Shown: positions 53,801 through 64,000 of the stretch, piece after piece
How positions within the stretch are numbered: position 1 is the first letter of the stretch
Layout of the letters: each line of letters opens with the position of its first letter
DNA from: Chrysomallon squamiferum
Taxonomy: Eukaryota > Animalia > Mollusca
Assembly (NCBI GenBank): GCA_012295275.1
Contig: CM022673.1
Span: 10,416,001-10,480,000, forward strand
Length of the DNA: 64,000 nucleotides
Direction of reading: 5' to 3'
Made by a program: the position numbers and the translations under genes
Notes under the pieces: model-generated
What the model saw: the letters and a program-made list of their open reading frames with translations, nothing else
What the model was told of the DNA's origin: nothing
Database searches by the model: none

Positions 53801-55122
53801 ACGTATGCAAATATCATCCTTTGTGTCTTTTTGCTAAATGATGATAGTGATATCCAACATCACTGGCTAAAAAAAATCATAGTTTTAGCCAGCTTAAATT
53901 TCAAGTATTGGAAATGTTTATTAATATAGACAATATGTAAAGAAAAAGGTTCAAATATGTTGGGTCCAGCTATCTTTTTAACAGAACTGCTGTGTACAAA
54001 CAGTAATTTTACCAGTTATTTTTTAATAATATCAGCCACCCACTCAAAATATTATACATTTGTATCCAGTCGATAATAATGAAGGATATCATATATACAC
54101 TGTATATTTATGTACGTCTATATATATATATATATATATATGTTTATATGTGTGTGTGTTTGTGTATGTATGTATATGGACGGATGGATGGATGTTTGTA
54201 TCTATGTGGATGTATGTGTTATATCTATCAATGCGTGTGTTGTATCCCCTAACTCTCCTGTAGCCCCTTTCTCTCATTTTCAGTGCAGGCTAGATGTTAC
54301 CATGCAGCTGTCTGTCGACGTAACAAGCAAGAAGGCGCATGCTGTCGGTGGGGAGGGGGACGTGGGCACGCAGCATGCGAAGATTCAAAGCTTGGCATCA
54401 CCTAAATTAGGCGCGGAGCAGCTCCGTTTTCCCGACCGCACCCGCAGTAGTGTTTTACCCAAAGTGGGGAAGCCCCGACTGCGCTTGGCATCTTTTTCAT
54501 CATCCCTACAACGTTCTTTGGGTAACGTACCGTAACCTTCCTCGAAAGTACCAGTGTCAGTCTTCTTCTTACTCGTCGATGGAGTCTATAAGAATCAAAA
54601 AATTTTTTTTTTTTTTTTTTTGAAAATTGAGTAAAGAAAATTTGTTAATTTATTCATTTTATTTCATTTGTTTTATGGTTATTTAATTTTTTTTTTTTTT
54701 TTTTTTTTTTTTTATCTTATTCGTTTCATTTCTTTCACTGATTTTTACTGTATATCTGTGCATGATTGTATGAATGAAGCTACACAATAAATCGAAAGAT
54801 ATATAATATGGAACATGCTGAGACTGAAAACCACTTTAATAAAGTATAGAGATAAAAGCCAAATGTTAAGTATTATATGATTTAGGTGAATATTGGTGAA
54901 TACAACAAAACTGTTTACTGATAAATCAGACATTTATTTTAAATAAATTTAATTTTATCTAAAAATGTGCACATGTTCTTGCACACATACAAAAGTTAAT
55001 TATTAACTTAAAAAAAGACATAATTTTATTGAAGTTTATAAAAATACCTCTACTGAAACAATCATGAACAATTTGATGAAGTTCACATTATCTTTACATT
55101 AAAAAAATAATAACATAAAATA

Positions 55123-55161
<39 letters not shown>

Positions 55162-55168
55162 GAACGTT

Positions 55169-55236
<68 letters not shown>

Positions 55237-55626
55237 ATATATAAATATTTTTCAAATCTCACTTTCTGCTGTTGTGGTCCCATATTTTCACAACTGTTTG
55301 ATCTTGTCATTCCAAGCACCTGTCTGTTTGATGATGTCATGGAGGCAGGAGGCGTGGCTAAATGATTGGCATCGTATCTCAGGTCACCACCACCTGCATG
55401 AACTGAAAACAGTTCAGTCAACATGGAAATATTTAAAATTTGTTTCTATTTGGTTGGTCTATCCCAGTGGGAAAAACTAATCCCTTAATATGAAAAAAAA
55501 ATAATAATAATGAAATAATATTAAAAATAACAGTAACAAGAACAATATCTTTAAAAAAAAATAAAAATAAATAATGACTAGTAAAATTAAAAATACAATA
55601 AATAAATAATAAATAAAAAATAAAAA

Positions 55627-55688
<62 letters not shown>

Positions 55689-58600
55689 TAACAATAACAA
55701 TACCTGGAGTACTTGTTGCACTAGGAGAAGACAGGTAATGAGGACTTCGATGTTTGTCACTCTGAAATAATTAAAATTATTTATTTACTTTGTAATATTC
55801 CATCATATTAAATAATATTATTTAATGAAGAGTTATTGTTTCAGTAATATCAATTTAATTGATGGTTTTTTTTTTTTTTTAAAAAAAAACACCAAAATAA
55901 ATTTAAAAAATTAAATAATAGTAATAAAAAATTAAAATAAATAAATAAATAAAAAGTAAATAAAATAAAATAATTTAAAAAATAGTATTTTTTTTTTTTT
56001 TTTAAATCATCAAATATTACATTTCACAGCATATAACAACAACTTCATGTAGCCAATTAAAGTGATACAAGATAATCCAAATAAAACTGAACTTATTCAG
56101 ACTGAACCAAATAAACTGAACTGTACTGCACTGCTTAATACACTGAATCAGTATATAGTACAAAATACCTTTCAAACTGAACCAAATAACACTTTACCCC
56201 AGTGCACTAAATCAGTAGAAAGCACAAAATACCATTCCATTACATACATCAACAAGGTAGATTTTGTACCAAGTTTTTGTATCTCCAGCCAGCAAGGAAC
56301 AATAAACACATGCTTTTTACTTAGGCTTTGAAATTAACACAACATGTGGATTGCCAAGAATCAATTTGGAATGAGCTTTAGCTCAGTAATAAAACATTTA
56401 GCTTAGAGATAATTAGTTCAAATCAGTTCATTTCTCGGTACTGCCACTGGGGAATTTCCCATGCTAACTATTAACTCATGTGTGTTTTTCTGCTTATGGG
56501 AAGGAAAATTAAAACAAAAATTGTTCAGTAATAAAACACTTAGCATAGAGATAATTAGTTACAGGATCAAATCTTGGTACTACCACTGGACAATTTCCCA
56601 TTCTAACTAGAGGCTCATTTGTGGTTTTTGTTTATGGGATGAAGAATTAAAACAAAAAAATCCATGCTGTTAAGAGCTGCTCTAAGAATAGTGAATGTCT
56701 TTAATAACATAATCATTGTTAAAAAAAAGTGTGTTTCACCAACATATTATCATTATCATTATTAAAAAAGTATGTTTCACACTATCATATTATCGTTATC
56801 AAAAATCAATCAATACGTAGTAACAGGCTATTACTGAAGGTGGGGTTAAGGTGTGGTTGTCTCTAACTAACCTGTGAGGTAACTTCTCCAGTGGAGGGTG
56901 TAGTGGAAGAACTGGTAGAGCTGGTATCATCTTCTATGACCAACAGCTCATCAACGACTGAAAGTTTAACACGTATCATTACTCTGTATAGTCAGTCAGA
57001 AATACTAATAAAACATCTTCATCAAAACTATGAATGGTAACTAAGTAATTTACAAAAGTGCTAAATGCTATTTTTTTTTAAATTTATACACTTGTATTGA
57101 CTGTGTATATATGTGTGGGTGTCCATGAGTGAGAGAAAGCGAAAAAGACAACAACACAAACATAACAGTAAGGTGTACACACACACAGAGAGGGTGAAAG
57201 GGAGATGGGGAGATGGATACAATGGAGAGGGAAAGGAAGGGAGGGGAACAGATAAAGAAAGAGAAAGAAAAATAGAGGGAGTTACTTAGGTACAAAAGAA
57301 GTGAAGAATGGAGGCATTTAAAAACAAAGAAATAAACACCGTTACACTGCCACATTCAGAAATGAAATATTTAACAAAAAGATTTAAATGAAATAAAGGA
57401 ATTATTTTGTCTTTGTTTTTTTTTTAATACCTTTTCTACCTTGAGCTTGAACCAGCAGCTCTTCTACCCTTCTGTATCGTTTCAACAGTCTCTTCATATC
57501 ATCAAGTTTTCTATCCTGAAATAAAAAATAAAAAAATATACAGAGTAAGTAAGTGTGTGATGACAGAAACACACAATGAATGCAAAGAAGTCTGAAATGG
57601 AGATCTTTTACAGCTATCGGGACAATTACTTAAATCTATATAATAATCAATAAAAAAAATTAAGAACAATTTGTACAACAAGTCACATAAGTAATTCCAG
57701 CCAACATTTTAGAATGTCAAGAGATGAAAATAAAAGCTATTTTCATCTATTCAATATTTTTACCCAAATAACCATGTGTTAACTCTCTGTATTAAAGCAA
57801 CTGATTTACTGACACTGCATGCACAGAATGGTTCAAGAATGTCTGTGTAGCAGAACTAGGATGTCTTTCGGTGATTTGTTGGAGAATCTTACTGTTAAGA
57901 TATTACACTTCACAGAGCACTTGCAGCTTAAGTATGTACACCATAGATACCTGGATGTTCTTGCTATCGAGGTATTTTCTGCTCAAGTATGAATAACTAT
58001 ATTTTAGAAAGCTATATTTTGCAAAGGTATTCAAAAGGTGGACTTTAGAAACGTGCTGTTATTAATAAATGCCTAAACAAAAGTCTTAACACTTTCAGCT
58101 ATCATTACTAATGTATGTAAATGCACAAGCTTCTAAGTTCAGAATGTTTTAAATGCAGTTGTTTTATTTTGTTTTATTAATTAAGACTGGATGGCAGAAA
58201 ACAAATAAACACATAACTTAGAAGAATCCAGAATATGTTTTAGACTTCTTCTTAACATTTCCACAGGTATCTTTACGTTTTGAACTTAAGAAAACCGTAA
58301 CTGCTAAATCATTCATAAAACAGGCTACAAAAACTTTCATAAAATGGACATTAAAAAATTATAAAACAATCCTGCAGCTAAAACATTTTAAAAAAATGGG
58401 ATTTCAGAAAACCTTTGATGCCAAAGTATTTGAATAATGGAAGCTTAGCTGCCATAGTGTTTAAGCTAATGGTCTTCAGAAAGGCCTGAAGTAACAAAGC
58501 GAGACAGCTCAATAAAAAAATAATTAGCAAAGAAACATAAATAGCAAACAGCTCACATAAACACATCAGGTAATACAAGCAGAAAGTCTGGAACTTTTTC

Positions 58601-59062
58601 AAAGTGTTTTTCACAGACAGGTGTAATAAAACAATCAACTGAGTTCCAGGCTTTTCTTCAATTAAGAGTGAAAGAAAACGTGAATAAAAAAAAAAAGCAA
58701 TAGCAATTTCAAGAATTTGGGTATTGTTTTGTAGATACTTTATTTATTTGTTATTTTTGTTATTATAATTAGTTTAAAATAAAAATAAAAATTGCTAGTA
58801 CTTGTTTAAAGATGGAATGATTTATATATTAAGTTAATATTATTATTTTTATTATCATTAAAAACATTAACAAATGTTAGATGAATGAAAAAAGAAAAGA
58901 GGTTTAATAATACATACATATATATAAACACTTTACAGATATATACCTTTTCTTCATTGGCCATCATTAATGCATCCACTGCTCTTTTCAATTTTTCCAC
59001 TTCAGTTTCTGTAAAAATAACATTAAATTATTAGTTGCTGCATTTTCATTTCCTTTCACATG

Positions 59063-59130
<68 letters not shown>

Positions 59131-59196
59131 TACAGAAAGAAAAGGAAAAGTAGAAAAAATATGTATTCTTGAAAATATAAAAGAAACCAAAAAAAC

Positions 59197-59232
<36 letters not shown>

Positions 59233-60352
59233 AAAAATAAATATGCCTGCATATTATACGTTTATGTAACTTTGATATATGGTATTATTTGAAAGTGTAT
59301 TCTCCCATTTTTTGTGTACTTCATGAAACAATAAACTATAACAATGATATGACAAATAAACACAGAATGAATAATCAACCTTCTTCATCACAGGTTTGTT
59401 TTTATTTGTTTTTAAAAACTGCAAAGAAAATCACATTATATCTGTTTATTAGCATTTCATAAACATCAGTAAACCAGTAACTCTAACAAGCACTACGTAT
59501 ATAAATATCCATGTTCTATTTCTTCAGACTTCATAATTTGAAATCTGAAATTTGAATACGTAAAAAGCAACATATGTTTATTTTCTACTATTAGGTAAAA
59601 GATGGCTGTCATAATATTTTTAATGACTATTCTTCCTTTTTTTTAAACTTTCTTTCATCTCTTTTTGATCTTTCAGTTCTAATATTCAGCAACTAGAGAT
59701 AACCAGCAGACTATTTTCTTAGTGAAAACAAAACCTGCTTGTGTTTACTGTTTAGGAATTAATCCCATTTAGTCAATCTGTTATTATTCTGAAGTATTGA
59801 CCCCACTGTTAAATAAGCAGGCCTAAAGTGCTCTTAGTGCAAGCCAAATTCAATTAACTGACAAAAGTGTGCTGTATGATGAAACTGCTGATAAAAGCTT
59901 TCATCTGATTGGACAGGTAAGACATTTCACCTGATTGGTCAAACAGATTTTTTAGATAAAAGCTGCTTTCACATGATTGGACAAGTTATTTGCAGCTGAA
60001 AGTTTTTATGTCATTGGTCAGACTGTTTATTGTTAAAAGATTTCGTGTGATTGGTTAAGTGGTTTCTGTTGATATCTAACATATGATAGGCCAAACTTTT
60101 TCCATACTAAAGCTTTCATTTGATTGGTTAAACTATTTTCAGTAAAAAAGTTTTCATTGAACTGGTTGCTATGTTTCTACTTTTTGGGACTTGATTATGT
60201 TTACAGTTTGCAGCAGTTTCTTCACTTATTTGTTATTTTTACTGTAGACAGTTAAAACGTGAATCTGATTACAAAAACAAACAACAGGTGAAACCAAACA
60301 ACTGTTAATCACATACTAGATGAAAAAAAAAAAAAGAAAGAAAGTAGAAAAG

Positions 60353-60394
<42 letters not shown>

Positions 60395-63300
60395 TAAGAT
60401 AAAATTTTACACCTGGATGAAGGTCTTTCTGTTGAACACTAAAGTAGTTTAATTGGCAATTATTTTATTTTATGTATTTATGACAACACACACCTGTAAA
60501 TCAGTTTCCTTGTTAAAACAGTTTCTAGATTAAATAAATAAGTAAATAAAAATAGAAATAATATCCATACCTAAATAACTAGTGACAGAGATAGTTTCAG
60601 TCATCATTTTATTGATTTATTTAATCATTTATTTACTTATATATTTATATACTTATTTATTTATTTATTTATTTAAACAGAAAATTGATCTGAAGAACCT
60701 TTATAAGTAGTTCATTAATTTGCAAATGTATACTGTAACAAAAGCTAATTGTTTATGAAAACATTTTCCCATAGTACACAAAGACTGATAGTAGTGTGAA
60801 CTTGAGTTCACACCATTTTAACACACAAATATTTCTGACAGTATGGTGAAATTTTCATTATAACAGATTTGTTAAGTTATTGTTGGTATTCACAGATGAA
60901 GTGAAATGAAACTAAATTTCCCCACCCCAACAATAGGTTAAATAATGTGAAAACAGAAAAAAAATATAATAATTTGTATTAATAATAATAATTATAATAA
61001 TGTAGAAAAAATATATTTTAAAAATATTTTAAAAAATAATAATAGTAAAAAATAAATAAATAAACCAATAAAAATAATGATAAAAAGATACTTAAAAACT
61101 AAATATTAAGAACAAACATGATAGAAAATAAGATACATACTTAAAACATGAGAAACAAAAATAGAAAATAAAATAAAAACTAAATATTAATGATAATGAT
61201 GATAGAAAATAAAACCATAATATGAATGAATTACACATATGAAATGAAATCAAAAGAAACAAGAACAAAAAAACCCACAATTACATTTTCTTACATTTTT
61301 TGTTAATAATCTCTAATTCAAAATTCAAATCAGTAAATACTACTACTACAGAATTGTAAATAAGTAAGACATAATAAATCTATATTAAGTTTAAAAACTA
61401 ATTTTTTTTTTTTTTTAAATCCCCACAACCAGAAATACCTCTAAAAATGTTTGTTTTTTCCTTAAAATAATAATAATATACATACATGTATGCATATACC
61501 TTTATATATGTGTGCGCATGCACACATACACATCAATAATAATTTGTAGATTAGAGGTGATGACATTTTTAAAAAGTTTTGTAAAGTAGAAGCAAAAACT
61601 CAATGGCAAAAGAAGAAAGAGTCTTTCTACACATTTGTTTTGAAGAATTAAATCTCAGCATCTAGTATCAACATTATGGGCACAGAAAATAAATTATTAC
61701 TCATATATCAACTGAAAAACTGCACAAGAAATTTTAATGGAAAAATTTTCTATTTATTTTTCTAAAGAACAAAAGCTTCTCTTAAGTTTTGGTTTGAAGC
61801 AAAAAAGCAAATTGTAAAGGTATTTGTAAGTGAATTTGTGTGTGTAAATCTTTAAAATTAAAGTTTATTTCAAAACTTGATGCCAAGCGAGAAAAAAAAA
61901 AAAAAAAAAAATTTGTAAACAACTGTACTGGTAGCTCTTTGTACATATGTTTCAGTATTTTGTGTTTTATTTTTACCAAAATTCAGGATTTATTAATAAT
62001 TAATAAACATTAAAAATATTCTAGATGAAAATACATGTAATAAAAGCATTTCTACCACCTTTAAATATAACACATCTAATTTTAATAAATAAACATTACA
62101 TAAGAAAAAGACCACATCCCAAAATCTAAGATTAATTTAAAATCTAATATTACTGGCATCTACTAGAGAAGAAAACACCAACCAAACTGCAAAAAAAAAA
62201 AAAAAAAAAAAAATCTATAGAGCATGCAGAGAAAAGGGGGTGGAGATGATTAGTGGGGGCTATCTAGGAATGTCACCCATCTTACGTTTTCTTTTTAGCC
62301 TATCTAATGTTCGGTCACGATCTAAAGTGCAGTCAATGGACAAACTGCCTGAAAATGAAGTCAACACATGACACAACATGTCGTTTTTTCTCTTTACTGA
62401 AATAATGCTAGGGTAATGCAAAATAATAATAATAATAATAATAAAAATAAATAAAATAATAAATTAAAAAAACCCAACGATATATAATAATAATATATAT
62501 TTGTTTTAAATAATTATACACACACATATACACAGAAACATACCTAAAAAAAAAATTAAATTTAAAAAAAATTTAAAAAATGAGGTAGGAGTTATTAGTA
62601 AATAAATAAACAAAACCATTAAACACAACTAAAAATATTTATAAATATAAAATATAAAATTATAAATAAAAATAAATAAATTTAATAAATCAATAAATAA
62701 AAAACATTATAAAAAAAATATGCAAATAAAAAAAGAAAATATTAAAAACCAAAAAAGAAAATAAAGAAAAATTTTTATAATAAACCTTCAGTAAGAAAAA
62801 TTTGAGAAGTACATGTATGTACATTTTAATCTAATATGAAAATGAGAATGAGAATAGATTATAAAATTTTTGAGATATTGCCAGTTTTTTTTATTACCCA
62901 TTATCAGTAATAGATATTTAAATGTCATTCAAATGAAATATTAACAAATTATTCACATGACCATCTTGCAGTGACAGAAAATGTACTATGTAAAATAAAA
63001 AAATGACATTTTATTAAATATAAAAATGAAAACTGAAAAAATATGACATTGATATTTAAAATGAGAAAACAATTACATTTAAAAAAACAAAAAAAAAACA
63101 CTAAAAAAAATCATTGAAAAAAAATATGATTGATATTAAAAGTAACAAAACAATTATATTCAAATAAAAAAAAACAAAAAAAACCTAAAATTGAAGAAAA
63201 ATTATACAAATTGAAAATAATCTATATTGTGACAATGATACTATTTTGGAGCTCCATAATTTATCAATAAAAATAAATAATTTAAATACTAATCAAAACA

Positions 63301-63587
63301 AAACTTACTAGTGACACATGCACATCAATTAAAAAATGTTTCTGCAAGCAAAAATGACAAACATTCTATTCATGAAATACTGTCCAGATTAATGTTTTTC
63401 TTCCCGATTTCTTTCCTTTTAATTTAATGTTTTGAGTGAAATGGAAGCTAGCAAAAATGTAAATAAATTTAAACACACCTCCAAGGTCTGAGCCATATCC
63501 ACTCCCATTTCTGATAATCTGATTCCTAAGATCAGAAATTTCGGCATCTTTCACCGTAAGCCTTGTCTGAAGATCTCCAATCTGTCG
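44195..63587 (-). CDS. PPFIBP1: Liprin-beta (PPFIBP1/2 family), 3' 19 coding exons (2082 nt, 693 aa plus stop); 5' end lies beyond the right edge
   Basis: Motifs EVEKLKRAVDALMMANEEKDRKLDD, SAPNLA, KGIKRFFGKLKRS, FRRGGVRATATARLGWSRD; three SAM domains (PFARW..., NWVTRWLDDIGLPQYKD..., WTNHRVMEWLRTIDLSEYAPNLRGSGVHGALMVLE); IGAFSKEINSLT; C-terminal TSNV*. All junctions GT-AG and in phase. Likely pro-orthologue of PPFIBP1 and PPFIBP2. Confidence 0.95.
44716..44775 (-). CDS. PPFIBP1: Liprin-beta exon (RGQVGAKEIGAFSKEINSLT)
   Basis: tttag/gtaagt, 60 nt; IGAFS..IN.LT motif. Confidence 0.9.
45113..45262 (-). CDS. PPFIBP1: Liprin-beta exon (RGKFGIFG...FICPLD...)
   Basis: tttcag/gtaaat, 150 nt. Confidence 0.9.
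45499..45687 (-). CDS. PPFIBP1: Liprin-beta exon (SAM3, C-terminal part)
   Basis: VLEHRFNAELFAQLLSIPSNKTLLRRHLSTHF...KIK; cag/gttcag. Confidence 0.94.
46271..46402 (-). CDS. PPFIBP1: Liprin-beta exon (SAM3, N-terminal part)
   Basis: WTNHRVMEWLRTIDLSEYAPNLRGSGVHGALM; tag/gtatgt. Confidence 0.95.
47031..47156 (-). CDS. PPFIBP1: Liprin-beta exon (SAM2, C-terminal part)
   Basis: EDLLSLRVTNELHHISLKRGIQVLR...CLKRRPS; cag/gtgagt. Confidence 0.94.
47760..47848 (-). CDS. PPFIBP1: Liprin-beta exon (SAM2, N-terminal part)
   Basis: WLDDIGLPQYKDAFYDARVDGRMLHFMTV; cag/gtacgt. Confidence 0.95.
47875..48160. repeat. Local tandem duplications (~70 bp x3, then ~45 bp x2)
   Basis: ttttctgtacttgtga...aacaagaaata...ttaacagtcaa x3; ttcataactatcttttgtactggcta x2. 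Confidence 0.8.
48466..48577 (-). CDS. PPFIBP1: Liprin-beta exon (SAM1, C-terminal part)
   Basis: ELGMKNAIHRKKLQLALQ...LDHNWVT; cag/gtgagt. Confidence 0.94.
49029..49179 (-). CDS. PPFIBP1: Liprin-beta exon (SAM1, N-terminal part)
   Basis: DLDIPFARWDGDRVTAW...DLEK; ccag/gtaaaa. Confidence 0.94.
49916..50035 (-). CDS. PPFIBP1: Liprin-beta exon (LKRSSSQ...FRRGGVRATATARLGWSRD)
   Basis: atcag/gtgagt, 120 nt. Confidence 0.93.
50563..50674 (-). CDS. PPFIBP1: Liprin-beta exon (AHTE...KKKGIKRFFG)
   Basis: ttttcag/gtgagt, phase 1->2. Confidence 0.9.
54402..54585 (-). CDS. PPFIBP1: Liprin-beta exon (...GYGTLPK...LRVRSGKRSCSAPNL)
   Basis: ttatag/gtgatg, phase 0->1; KR..SAPNL motif. Confidence 0.9.
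55263..55402 (-). CDS. PPFIBP1: Liprin-beta exon (HAGGGDLRY...RSNSCENMGPQQQK)
   Basis: ttttcag/gtgaga, phase 1->0. Confidence 0.83.
55629..55700. repeat. (AAT)n/(AATAAC)n microsatellite abutting a liprin-beta donor
   Basis: Direct inspection. Confidence 0.9.
55704..55761 (-). CDS. PPFIBP1: Liprin-beta exon (SDKHRSPHYLSSPSATSTP)
   Basis: tttcag/gtattg, phase 0->1. Confidence 0.8.
56370..56660 (+). mobile_element. Tandemly duplicated (~140 bp x2) degenerate SINE head
   Basis: Two aligned units tcagtaataaaaca.ttagc.tagagataattagtt...ggtact.ccactgg..aatttccca...ttatggga...aattaaaacaaaaa; the first is preceded by A-box-like tagctcagt. Confidence 0.55.
56872..56957 (-). CDS. PPFIBP1: Liprin-beta exon (Ser/Thr-rich linker)
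   Basis: tttcag/gttagt, phase 1->0. Confidence 0.82.
57431..57515 (-). CDS. PPFIBP1: Liprin-beta exon (DRKLDDMKRLLKRYRRVEELLVQAQGRK)
   Basis: tttcag/gtatta; a second in-frame donor lies 9 nt upstream. Confidence 0.9.
58947..59008 (-). CDS. PPFIBP1: Liprin-beta exon (TEVEKLKRAVDALMMANEEK)
   Basis: ttacag/gtatat; conserved ANEEK. Confidence 0.92.
59066..59128. repeat. (AG)n microsatellite
   Basis: Pure AG run; explains the RERE/SLSL ORFs. Confidence 0.95.
59890..60170. repeat. Degenerate ~37-bp tandem array with conserved TGATTGG core (7-8 units)
   Basis: Cores at 59906, 59932, 59974, 60011, 60048, 60084, 60121, ~60158. Confidence 0.8.
62286..62348 (-). CDS. PPFIBP1: Liprin-beta 63-nt symmetric exon (SLSIDCTLDRDRTLDRLKRK), possibly alternative
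   Basis: ttttcag/gtaaga, phase 1->1, open frame. Confidence 0.7.
63479..63587 (-). CDS. PPFIBP1: Liprin-beta exon (coiled coil RQIGDLQTRLTVKDAEISDLRNQII...)
   Basis: tttcag/gtgtgt, 109 nt, phase 0->1. Confidence 0.85.
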
Positions 63588-63712
63588 CTGAAATTAAATT
63601 ACAACTTTGAATTATATAACAGTTAAAATAGAATTAAAACAAAACTTGTTATAGTTCGCAAAAAAAATAAAAATAAAAAAAGAGCAAGAGAAAATCCAGA
63701 AGAAGAAATTTT

Positions 63713-63835
63713 AAGAACTTTATTGATGTTTAAATCTGATTAAGATCAGGAATTGGCTATTTTTGAAAAATTATATCTTAATAAAATGCTGTTAAATTAG
63801 AAAACAGTAAAAACAAAAAAAAGAAAGAAGAAGAT

Positions 63836-63872
<37 letters not shown>

Positions 63873-64000
63873 AGGAAAGAAATGAAATGAAAAAAAAATG
63901 ACTTTATTGGTGTTTATAAATCTGATTAAGATCAGTAATTGGCTATTTAAAAAAAAAAAATGTTAACTTAACAAAATGCTGATAAATTAGAAAACAGTAA
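63713..64000. repeat. ~100-bp duplicated block separated by a (GAAA)n tract
   Basis: actttattg.tgttt..aaatctgattaagatcag.aattggctattt...aaaatgctg.taaattagaaaacagtaa at 63717 and 63901. Confidence 0.85.

Noticed and set aside
54280-54387. UGA plus hairpin as a selenocysteine/SECIS signal
   Set aside because: No RUGA/GA quartet with an apical AA in the stems, and liprins are not known selenoproteins; kept only as a generic structure finding
58988-59269. RERE/SLSL ORFs
   Set aside because: (AG)n and (TA)n microsatellites
60413-60438. 26-nt AG...GT-bounded candidate microexon in a liprin-beta intron
   Set aside because: Frameshifting and unsupported by homology

Overview
Very AT-rich, microsatellite-laden animal genomic DNA, probably a mollusc and possibly a gastropod (inferred from gene content and a degenerate tRNA-headed SINE family I recall from gastropod genomes). 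Most ORF-track entries are low-complexity noise. Three spliced genes, all on the minus strand, were rebuilt by hand with GT-AG junctions and consistent phases. (1) The 3' 19 coding exons of a liprin-beta (PPFIBP) gene, 63587->44195: coiled coil, three SAM domains, C-terminal TSNV. (2) A complete 12-coding-exon ZSWIM2/MEX E3 ligase gene, 37274->29652, 677 aa: SWIM-RING-ZZ-RING. (3) The 5' five exons of a plexin-domain-containing (PLXDC) gene, 17613->1730, running off the left edge. Also present: an internally deleted Tigger/pogo DNA transposon just upstream of ZSWIM2, a ~0.9 kb MITE, SINE relics and mini/microsatellites. No new multi-gene system is evident. The best unexplained signals are cis-regulatory: a CpG-rich double hairpin with three GCAUG motifs 5 nt after an in-frame UGA behind a liprin-beta donor (candidate switch for a SAM-less isoform), a ~37-bp-phased CCAAT array, minisatellites amplified from ZSWIM2 5' splice sites, and a structured GC-rich intergenic element at ~23.55-23.75 kb. 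All coordinates were counted by hand.
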